Positions 19,665 through 27,229 of a DNA stretch of 64,000 nt are shown here, piece by piece. Position numbers and translations under genes: made by a program. The first letter of the stretch is position 1. Every line of letters starts with the position of its first letter. The notes beneath the pieces were generated by a model, which saw nothing but the letters and a program-made list of their open reading frames with translations, ran no database searches and was not told the DNA's origin. Source of the DNA: Spirochaetia bacterium (GTDB lineage: Bacteria; Spirochaetota; Spirochaetia; SZUA-6; Bin103); NCBI GenBank assembly GCA_965208575.1, contig CBDBOV010000006.1, positions 864,001-928,000 on the forward strand, read 5' to 3'.

Positions 19665-20619
19665 GGCGCACCCGCGGGTCGAGCCACGAGTAGGTGATGT
19701 CGGTGAGCAGGTTGACCAGCACCACCACGGCGGCGAACACCACGTTGATGCCCGACACCAGCGGGTAGTCGCGCCGCCCCACGGCGTCCACCAGCAGGCG
19801 GCCCATGCCGGGCAACTGGAAGATCTCCTCCACGATCACCGCCCCGCCGATCACGACCGGAAGCTGCACCGCCACGTGCGTGAGCACCGGAATGGTGGCG
19901 TTCTTGACCGCGTGCCGGATCACCACCAGGCGCTCGGAGAGGCCCTTCGACCAGGCGGTGCGGATGTAGTCGGCGCGCAGCACCTCCAGCATCATGGTGC
20001 GCGTCATGCGCATGCTCAGGCCGGCCAGCGCGGTGCCCAGCACCACCGCCGGCAGCAGCACGTGGCCCAGGTGGCCGATCGGATCCTCGACCAGCGGGTT
20101 GAGCTCGATCGGCGGCGCCCAGCCCCACCACACCGACGGGTAGATCATCACCATCGTGCCGGTCCAGAACGGCGGCACCGACACCAGGACGATCGCCACG
20201 GAGCGCGCCAGGTAGTCCGCCACGCTGTCCTGGCGCACCGCCGAGTAGATGCCCACCGGCAGCGACACCAGCAGGCTGACCACGATCGCCATCGCGCCCA
20301 GCTCCAGGGTCACCCCGATGCGCTGCCGGATCAGCACCGACACCGGCTCGATCGCCATCAGCGGATCGCCGAAATCGCCGCGCAGCACGATGTCGCCGAG
20401 CCACGCCAGGTACTGGACGTGCAGCGGCCGGTCCAGCCCCAGCGCCGCCTCCAGCGCCTCTCGGGAGGGCAGATTGGCGCGCCCGCTCACCGACATCTGC
20501 GCGAACATCACGTCGATCACGTCGCCCGGGATCAACCGCACCGACAGGAACACGATGACGCTGACGATCAGCAGCGTCGGGATCAGCAGGAGTACGCGTC
20601 TGAGGATATAGGTATACAT
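19657..20619 (-). CDS. DppB-like ABC permease
   Basis: Motifs RLIPGD, DYIRTAWSKG, LDPRV. Confidence 0.93.
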   Translation of the reverse strand: MYTYILRRVLLLIPTLLIVSVIVFLSVRLIPGDVIDVMFAQMSVSGRANLPSREALEAALGLDRPLHVQYLAWLGDIVLRGDFGDPLMAIEPVSVLIRQRIGVTLELGAMAIVVSLLVSLPVGIYSAVRQDSVADYLARSVAIVLVSVPPFWTGTMVMIYPSVWWGWAPPIELNPLVEDPIGHLGHVLLPAVVLGTALAGLSMRMTRTMMLEVLRADYIRTAWSKGLSERLVVIRHAVKNATIPVLTHVAVQLPVVIGGAVIVEEIFQLPGMGRLLVDAVGRRDYPLVSGINVVFAAVVVLVNLLTDITYSWLDPRVRHE

Positions 20620-20648
20620 CGGCGCGCGCGGCGAACTCGGGGAATCAG

Positions 20649-20693
20649 AAAAACGAGGCCGTCATCCCGCGGTCTGATGCGGGATGACGGCCC
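20649..20693 (-). terminator. Hairpin or terminator after SBP gene 2
   Basis: ggccgtcatcccgc...gcgggatgacggcc followed by a T run on the minus strand. Confidence 0.7.
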
Positions 20694-20748
20694 GGAATAC
20701 AGGATCGTAGATCAACCAGGATCGAAGATCCAACCAGAATCGAAGCCG

Positions 20749-22557
20749 TCAGTATCCCATCGACTCCTTGAGAGGCTGGTCGACCCACACGCGGGCGAAC
20801 ACCTGGCCGAAGCCGTAGTCGGTGCCGAGGCGGAACTCGCCGCGGTAGCTCTTCAGCCACGGCCACCACACGCGGTAGTTGCCGTTCATGGCCAGCGGTA
20901 TGAGCCAGTGTTCTTTCATGACCCGGTCGTTGGTGGCCGTCAGGTTGGCCACGTAATCGTCGATGTCCCCGGAGGCGAGTCCGGCCCTGTAGGTCGCGTC
21001 GTAGGTCTCGTCGTCATGGCGTCCGATGTTCCACGGGAAGGGATCGCCGCCGCGCCCGAAGAAGTGGTTCATCGACCCGTCGACGCCGGGATAGGCGGCC
21101 CCGAATCCCTTCGGCGCCATCTGCTCTAGCTGGCCGCCCATCACGTGTTCGTTGTAGGCGGTCGGCTCCATGGTCTTGATCTCCATCTCCACGCCGATCT
21201 CGGCAAAGTAGCTCTGCGCGATCCGGAACAGGTCCAGGTCGTCCGCGGAGCTGATCACCAGGGTGGTCTTGAACCCGTCGGGATAGCCGGCCTCGGCGAG
21301 CAGTTCGCGCGCCCGCTCCGGGTTGTACTGGAATGCCTGCTGGACCCGCTCCGGCATCTCGTCGAACGGAGTGTAGTAGCCGGTCACGCACGACCAGCAC
21401 ACGAAGTTGTCCTCCATCAGCGAGTTCAGCACCCCGCCGCCCCAGGTCGCCGCCAGCTCGTCGCGGTTGATCGCCATCTGCAGCGCCTCGCGCACCCGGA
21501 TGTCGGGATAGAACGGCTCCGCGCCGTGGCGCATCACGATGCTCTGGCCGGTCATCGCGAACTGCTTGTACTGGAGGTCGGGATGAGTCTTCTCCAGGCT
21601 GTCGCGCTCCTCCCAGGTCACCCCGACGTCGGTGAAGTTCAGCGGGCCGAGCGCGTCGATCTGAGCGGAGCGCAGGGCCGCCAGCTTGGTGGCCTTGTCC
21701 GCGATGAACACCTGCTTGTACTCGTCGACATAGGGAAGCTGGAACTGCTGATCCGGGAACAGCTCGTCATGGCCCCAGTAGTTGGGATTGCGCACCCAGG
21801 TCAGCGAGGTGCCCGGGTTGTAGTCCTGGATCATGAACGGGCCGGTGCCGCGGAGGTTGGTCAGCACCTTGCTGTCTTCGCCGAACTCCTCGATCACTTC
21901 GCGCGGCGGGGCGATCGTGTCGGCCCAGCCGGCGACCAGAAACAGGTACAGCACGAACGCGTTGGCCGGGTGCTTGAACTCCACCGTGTACTTGTCTATC
22001 GCCTCGACCGACTCCATGGTCTCGAAGAACGTGTGGCCGTTGAACGGCGATTTCTCGTACACGCCGCCGACGCCGTAGATGCGCTGGAAGTGAAAGACCA
22101 CGTCGTCCGCCACGAACTCGCGTCCGTTGACCGGCGGCAGGTCGTGCCAGTGCACCCCCTGGCGCAGGTGGAAGATCGTGGTATTGGCGTCCGGCTGCTC
22201 CCAGCTCGCCGCCAGGCCCGGGACCGCCGTGCCGGGTGACCACCAGGCCGAGTAGTCCTCGATGCTGCGGTCCGCCGCCCAGTCGTTGGCGCCCAGCCGT
22301 TCCGCACCGGGCGAGTTGGTCATCGCCGCCCAGCCGTAGTAGTTGTCGAAGCCATGCTCTTCCGTCTCCGGAACGCCGATAAAGGTGATGGTGCCACCGT
22401 ACTCGGGCTTCTCCTGCATCTCGCCCCAGACGTTTTCGATCATCTCCCGTTCCGGCAGCGCCGCCTGCTCCGCCTCGCCGGTCGCCCACGCGGCACCGGC
22501 CACGAGCCCGAGCATCAGAACCACCGCCACCGGGCTCTTCCATCTGCAACAACGCAT
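20749..22557 (-). CDS. DppA-like solute-binding protein 2
   Basis: SD AGGAGG; motifs KPEYGG, LAASWEQ, GTGPF, RNPNYW. Confidence 0.93.
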   Translation of the reverse strand: MRCCRWKSPVAVVLMLGLVAGAAWATGEAEQAALPEREMIENVWGEMQEKPEYGGTITFIGVPETEEHGFDNYYGWAAMTNSPGAERLGANDWAADRSIEDYSAWWSPGTAVPGLAASWEQPDANTTIFHLRQGVHWHDLPPVNGREFVADDVVFHFQRIYGVGGVYEKSPFNGHTFFETMESVEAIDKYTVEFKHPANAFVLYLFLVAGWADTIAPPREVIEEFGEDSKVLTNLRGTGPFMIQDYNPGTSLTWVRNPNYWGHDELFPDQQFQLPYVDEYKQVFIADKATKLAALRSAQIDALGPLNFTDVGVTWEERDSLEKTHPDLQYKQFAMTGQSIVMRHGAEPFYPDIRVREALQMAINRDELAATWGGGVLNSLMEDNFVCWSCVTGYYTPFDEMPERVQQAFQYNPERARELLAEAGYPDGFKTTLVISSADDLDLFRIAQSYFAEIGVEMEIKTMEPTAYNEHVMGGQLEQMAPKGFGAAYPGVDGSMNHFFGRGGDPFPWNIGRHDDETYDATYRAGLASGDIDDYVANLTATNDRVMKEHWLIPLAMNGNYRVWWPWLKSYRGEFRLGTDYGFGQVFARVWVDQPLKESMGY

Positions 22558-22715
22558 CACGTTACCTCCTTGCGTCACTGTGTGAGTGCCCTCTCCTTAC
22601 CACGCCCCGCCCCCGTGGTCAATTCCCGCGACCCCCGGCGCACCCGGCGCGCTACCCCGCCGAGCGGCGGTTGAGCCATGCCACCGTGTCAGCGCTCGGG
22701 ACACCTTCGCAGAGG

Positions 22716-23147
22716 TCAGCGCAGGCGTTGCAGGAACCACCAGTGGTGGCCCTCGGGGTCGCGCGCCTCGTAGCTGCGGTCCACCCAGTAGCCGTCGCCG
22801 TAGTCGTCGGTGGCCGGCTCCACCGTGATCGCCGCGCCGGCGGCGCGCGCCCGCTCGCAGTGGGCATCGACGTCGTCGACGTACACGGCCAGCGACTGCG
22901 TGTTGGCGCCGCCGACCGCCAGCGGAGAGCGCGGGTACGTCCGGTCCGGGTGCAGGCCCACCTGACCCACCATGATGAGCCCGCCGTCCAGGACAAGCTG
23001 CGAGTGGACGATCTGCCCCGCGTCGTTCTCGACCCTCTCCCGCACCGCGAAGCCAAAGGCGTGGGCCAACCAGTCGATCGCGGCCGCCGCATCGTCGTAG
23101 AACACGGCCGGCGCAATCCTCGGCCAGCCGTCAGGCGGATTCTTCAT
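22716..23147 (-). CDS. VOC/glyoxalase (PhnB-like) protein
   Basis: Motifs YDDAAAAIDWLAHAFGF, VDDVDAH, RDPEGHHW. Confidence 0.9.
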   Translation of the reverse strand: MKNPPDGWPRIAPAVFYDDAAAAIDWLAHAFGFAVRERVENDAGQIVHSQLVLDGGLIMVGQVGLHPDRTYPRSPLAVGGANTQSLAVYVDDVDAHCERARAAGAAITVEPATDDYGDGYWVDRSYEARDPEGHHWWFLQRLR

Positions 23148-23161
23148 CTCATCTCCTTCGT

Positions 23162-23587
23162 CTATTCGAGGTGAACCAGCCGATGATTGAAAACCCGCTG
23201 CAGCTTGACGATGGTTTTCAGCGTCGGATTCGACTTGGCCGGATCTTCGATCCTCTGATATGTCTGATAGGCGATACCGAGCTGTTTGGCCACGTCGGAC
23301 TGCGACATCCCGCGTGCCTCGCGACTTCGTTTGAGCCAGATAGCAAATCCCACGCTCGTCTCCGGTTCGATCGGAAACACGTTGTCGCCGGCGAGTTCGG
23401 AGCTTGCCGGCACCTTGAGCTTGCGGCTGTCGATCGACTCCAGGTACGCACTCAGCGCCTCTCGTGCGTTGTCCTTCGCTTCCTCAAGGGTATCGCCGAA
23501 CGTCAGGCACCCGGGAAGGTCGGGGAAGCTGACGTTGTATGCGTCGTCCGCGCGGTCGTATTCAATCACCGCCGGGTAACAGATCAT
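23162..23587 (-). CDS. hicB: HicB antitoxin with C-terminal XRE helix-turn-helix
   Basis: VSFPDLPGCLTFGDTLEEA; SQSDVAKQLGI. Confidence 0.92.
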   Translation of the reverse strand: MICYPAVIEYDRADDAYNVSFPDLPGCLTFGDTLEEAKDNAREALSAYLESIDSRKLKVPASSELAGDNVFPIEPETSVGFAIWLKRSREARGMSQSDVAKQLGIAYQTYQRIEDPAKSNPTLKTIVKLQRVFNHRLVHLE

Positions 23588-23763
23588 CGGATCCCCGCCT
23601 CCTTGAGGATAGCGTTCAGCGTCCCCTTGGGAACGTCTCGCGAGCCGTGCACCGGTACCGAAATGGTCGCGGCTTCCTTAACCATCATGTGGTGCGAACC
23701 ACGTACCCGATCCAGCCGCCAACCGTTGGCGCGCAAGAGCCTCAGCAGATCGCGGCCGCTCAC
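23584..23763 (-). CDS. hicA: HicA toxin (59 aa, not in the ORF track)
   Basis: Manual translation MSGRDLLRLLRANGWRLDRVRGSHHMM...VPVHG...KGTLNAILKEAG; ATGA overlap with hicB. Confidence 0.9.
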   Translation of the reverse strand: MSGRDLLRLLRANGWRLDRVRGSHHMMVKEAATISVPVHGSRDVPKGTLNAILKEAGIR

Positions 23764-23769
23764 ACTGGG

Positions 23770-23791
23770 ATATTACAGCATTAAAGCTGTA
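23770..23791 (-). promoter_or_regulatory. hicAB -10 box and putative operator
   Basis: TAATAT 6 nt before GTG; inverted repeat TACAGC-N6-GCTGTA. Confidence 0.6.
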
Positions 23792-23880
23792 CATACAAGA
23801 TAGTAGATGATACCAACGCCGTTTCAGCCGCACTCCGCGCGGCCCGGGAGCTGAGCCGCGCGAGTCGGCTACGGTGCAGA

Positions 23881-24903
23881 TCAGCGGCCACTGGTCACCC
23901 TCCGTAGATGCTCGGCGGCTTCCTCGCCTCTGACGCCAACTACGCGCAGATCCGCGTAAACCCTGGGCCACGGGGCAACGCGCAGGCCGCCTTGCATCAC
24001 CGCAAGCCGCCTGGTGGTGACCGTCGGAAACGGACGCAGAGTGAGCCGGCCTCCTTCAATCGGCCGCAATCCGACCTGAGATGCCACCGACTCGAGTGCG
24101 GGAATAGTTTCCCTGTCGACGTAGACTTCGGCAGTCGTCACCGTCGTGAGGTAGGGTGCAAGGACCATAGCCGCCAAGGAGCCGGTGGCCGCCCACAAGA
24201 TCCCCGTGCTCGACCACTGGTGGCCGGTGCGGCTCAAGCCTGCCTCAAGATCGCGCCACGTAACTCCTACCGTGAGAGCCGGCACCGGAGCCATCGCCGC
24301 GGCGGCGGAAGCGTACTCGTCCAGCAATCGGTCGGAGTCCAAAACGGAACGCCCAGAGTTACGCCCACGGCGTGCCATCGCGCCCAAGAGCCCGAGGTCG
24401 CCGAGCGAACGGAGCGCGTTGGCGGCGGCTCCCGCGGACAACCCGGTCGTTTGCCGAACCGCGTTGACGGTAGCCTTTCCGCCCCACAACAACGCCTCGG
24501 CAACCGCCAGCACGGCGGGAGTCCAGCGGGGTGGCTTGGGCGGAGGCTGCACCGGACGCCCGCTCCTGGAGACGATCAACGATCTCAACGCGATCTCTGC
24601 GGCGCCGGTCTCATCTACCCAGCCTACACCCTCCGCGGAGAGCGTCTCGCGCGCGCCGGGTGACATGCGGCGGGCCACCACTACTTCCGGAAGGCGCTTG
24701 CGGTCGGCGATCAACTCCCGGGCTTGCCGCAGTCCGCCCTCGCCGATCCACCTGGCCGTTACGCTCATCCCGTTGATCTCGAGGCTGACGGTATGACCCT
24801 CCGCACGGCGACGCCGCACCGTGACCGACCGCGGGAGCACTGCCACAACGGCGACTTCCAAGCGTTGGGCTATACTGCTACTGGCGCGGACCTCAGACTT
24901 CAT
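23881..24903 (-). CDS. AbiEi-like (type IV toxin-antitoxin) winged-helix antitoxin
   Basis: Motifs GVGWVDETG, LLDEYA, PRVYADLRVVGVRGEEAAEHL. Confidence 0.7.
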   Translation of the reverse strand: MKSEVRASSSIAQRLEVAVVAVLPRSVTVRRRRAEGHTVSLEINGMSVTARWIGEGGLRQARELIADRKRLPEVVVARRMSPGARETLSAEGVGWVDETGAAEIALRSLIVSRSGRPVQPPPKPPRWTPAVLAVAEALLWGGKATVNAVRQTTGLSAGAAANALRSLGDLGLLGAMARRGRNSGRSVLDSDRLLDEYASAAAAMAPVPALTVGVTWRDLEAGLSRTGHQWSSTGILWAATGSLAAMVLAPYLTTVTTAEVYVDRETIPALESVASQVGLRPIEGGRLTLRPFPTVTTRRLAVMQGGLRVAPWPRVYADLRVVGVRGEEAAEHLRRVTSGR

Positions 24904-25031
24904 ACCTCGCCAAGAATGATACTACACACTCACTGTGAAGTATACCTATTCAGTGGACATTATCACGGCCCCTCGGTAGCTGCGGCCGTCACCGGCGCTA
25001 AAGTACATCCACAAAGTCGACTCCGTCCTGC

Positions 25032-26066
25032 TCAGTCCGTGGACTGTTCGTTCACCGTTCGGGGTGTTCGGCCGAGCAGGCGGGTCAGGCCGAGGATGGC
25101 GCCGATGATGGCGGCCAGGGCGAATACGGCGGCGTAGTCGATCAGGGGGATGCGCAGCACTTCGTTGAGCCGGCCCCAGCCGAGGGGCGCGTACACGGCC
25201 AGCACGCCGGCCACGTAGGCGGCCAGCACCAGGGCGCGCACCGGCCGTGACCAGCCGAGCCCGTGCATCTGCGTGATCACGAAGATGCCGCCGAAGCCGA
25301 ACGCGAACATCGGCCACATGCCCTCGCCCTGGTTGATCGCCACCAGGGTGCCGTGGGCGAGCACCGCCACCTCCAGGGCGAGCGTCCACCAGCGGTTCAC
25401 GTGCGCACGGGTCAGGAACAGGCTGCCCTGCAGGAGCAGCAGGAAGATGTACAGGAATCCGATCAGGTGCCCGCCGGTGGCCTCCATCGGGTGGTACCAG
25501 AACGTGTACACGATGGCCCAGGCGAAGTAGTAGCCGTGGTAGCGCCGCGCCGCTTCGGTGAGCCGGCGCGGGAACCCGACCCGCTTCCCGAAGAACAGGC
25601 CGCGGCGCGGATTCTCCATCAGCAGCACCCAGACCAGCATCACCACCACCGACCCGAGCGCGCTCCAGATCGACACGTCCTGCGCCAGTCCGTCGTACCA
25701 GAGGTGGGTCTGCACCAGGTGCAGCACCACGAAGAACCCGTTCACGCCGAGCGCCAGGTAGTTCACGGTGCGCAGCGACCTGCTGTAGCGGGGCCGGCTG
25801 CGCCCGACCGTACGTTGCGCGTAGGCGATCAGCGCCCAGAACGAGACCTGGTGCAGCAGGTAGAAGCCCCACGCCGTCAGGCGGCTGGCCGCAGTCGGCT
25901 CGATCAGCTTCCAGTAGTACCAGGACGCACCGGCGTCGGCAGCGTGCGGCACGTCGGCCAACCGTCCCGCGAGCAGCCAGATCAGCCCCGTGAACGCCAG
26001 GCTGGCGGCGGTCCCGATGGCCAGAGCCCGGTACGCCGACCCGGCCAACCGCTCCCGGCCCGCCAT
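25032..26066 (-). CDS. Polytopic membrane hypothetical protein
   Basis: Multiple hydrophobic helices; HLVQTHLWYDGLAQD, FWYHPME. Confidence 0.8.
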   Translation of the reverse strand: MAGRERLAGSAYRALAIGTAASLAFTGLIWLLAGRLADVPHAADAGASWYYWKLIEPTAASRLTAWGFYLLHQVSFWALIAYAQRTVGRSRPRYSRSLRTVNYLALGVNGFFVVLHLVQTHLWYDGLAQDVSIWSALGSVVVMLVWVLLMENPRRGLFFGKRVGFPRRLTEAARRYHGYYFAWAIVYTFWYHPMEATGGHLIGFLYIFLLLLQGSLFLTRAHVNRWWTLALEVAVLAHGTLVAINQGEGMWPMFAFGFGGIFVITQMHGLGWSRPVRALVLAAYVAGVLAVYAPLGWGRLNEVLRIPLIDYAAVFALAAIIGAILGLTRLLGRTPRTVNEQSTD

Positions 26067-26209
26067 CTCGCCTGCGCTGCGTCCCACTTCAACCAATGTC
26101 GAAGCCGCACCCGCCGGCGGTCAACAGTCGAGGATCTCCATGACGTTCCTTCGCCGCTCCAGCAGCCACGAGAGGCCGCGGTTGTTCTGATCATCGGCGG
26201 CCGTGCGGA

Positions 26210-26480
26210 CTACACGGACGGAGGTGGTTCGACACGTTCGGCGAGGGACTGGAAGAATGTGTATCCCACAGTTCCAGTTCCGCGTCGTCGCGGATGAACG
26301 GGCGGACGTCGTGTTTTGCCTGATCGAAATCCACCTGCCCGAATCTTTGCCGCAGGAGCCGGCGCAGTTGCGGGATGTCCAGTTCGCGGTCCCGCTGCCA
26401 GTGACCGGTCTGCGTCATGCGGGCCTGCAGATGGCGGTCGTTGCAGGGGATCTGCCGCCCGAGATACCAGACCAAGTCGG
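26210..26480 (-). pseudogene. AbiEii-like nucleotidyltransferase C-terminal fragment, frameshifted
   Basis: DLVWYLGRQIP...HLQARM...VDFDQAKHDVRPFIRDDAELELW, then FFQSLAERV in another frame. Confidence 0.6.
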
Positions 26481-26673
26481 GCGCCCGGTGAACGCCCGGT
26501 GAACGCTGGGCCAGAATCGCTGTTGACGTTTCTTGCGCGGCGCCCCATACTACCAACTCACGATTCGACGGATGGTGATGAAGCGCCACGACGACAGTAC
26601 GCGCAGTAACCGGCTGGCGGTGAGGCAGCCGGTGCGTCTGAATCCCCCCCCCAACTTTTCGAACAGAGAAACA

Positions 26674-26761
26674 ACTAACCGCTCCGGCTGATCGCCCCGT
26701 ACGTGCCCCCGCGCACGCCGTCGCCTTCACCACCGCCGTAGCTATCCGTGGCGCCGACTCG
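26674..26761 (+). repeat. Upstream element U1 (paralog of 40442-40529)
   Basis: actaaccgc..cggctgatcg..ccgtacg....cgccgtcgccttcaccaccgccgtagctat. Confidence 0.85.
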
Positions 26762-27017
26762 GTCGATCGCCGGGCCGCCCACGCCGTTCTCGTCGACCGC
26801 GACCGTGCCGGATCCCCACCTGCGATACCCCCGGCGTTGCCGGCCATTCAGACTCGCTGCTTCGCCGACTACCGCCGCGCGCGGTGTTGTGACCCAGCTC
26901 CCGACCTCCGGCGAGCGGTCGGCGTCTGCACGATCGGGAGCACACCCGCTGCGTGCACCGCACCCCATCTTACGTCTATTGCCGGCCCGAGACAGGCAGC
27001 TTCCGTCACGCATCTGG

Positions 27018-27229
27018 CAGGGCACCCTGTGCCCCATGTGAGGAGGTGCAAATGAAACTCAAAGAACCGCACGCGCGCGCGGCGTGAGCCCGGGTGAACC
27101 CGGATGAGTCACACGCCGCGCGCCTCACAAATTGACGCAGACTGGCCGTCCGCGTTGCGGGCCCGAGAGTAGCCAGGGAGCGGTACTCCGCTACGCAATA
27201 CTCTCGAAATAACATTCAAGGAAGAAACG
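27018..27229 (+). promoter_or_regulatory. Conserved structured 5' leader L1 with uORF
   Basis: SD GGAGGT, uORF, 12-bp stem 27075-86/27112-23, second domain 27142-27206; homologs at ~40620 and ~59090-59300. Confidence 0.75.
27052..27087 (+). CDS. Putative leader peptide MKLKEPHARAA
   Basis: AGGAGGT SD; conserved in three leaders. Confidence 0.55.
   Translation: MKLKEPHARAA

Noticed and set aside
20690-20745. Short imperfect tandem repeats after the SBP2 stop
   Set aside because: Only three degenerate ~17-bp units, most likely slippage beside a terminator.
27142-27206. HDV-like ribozyme, or SAH or glycine riboswitch
   Set aside because: There is no P3/L3 as HDV-like ribozymes require. It shares only the short words GCGTTGC, GCCAGG and ACTCTC, without the required pairing partners.
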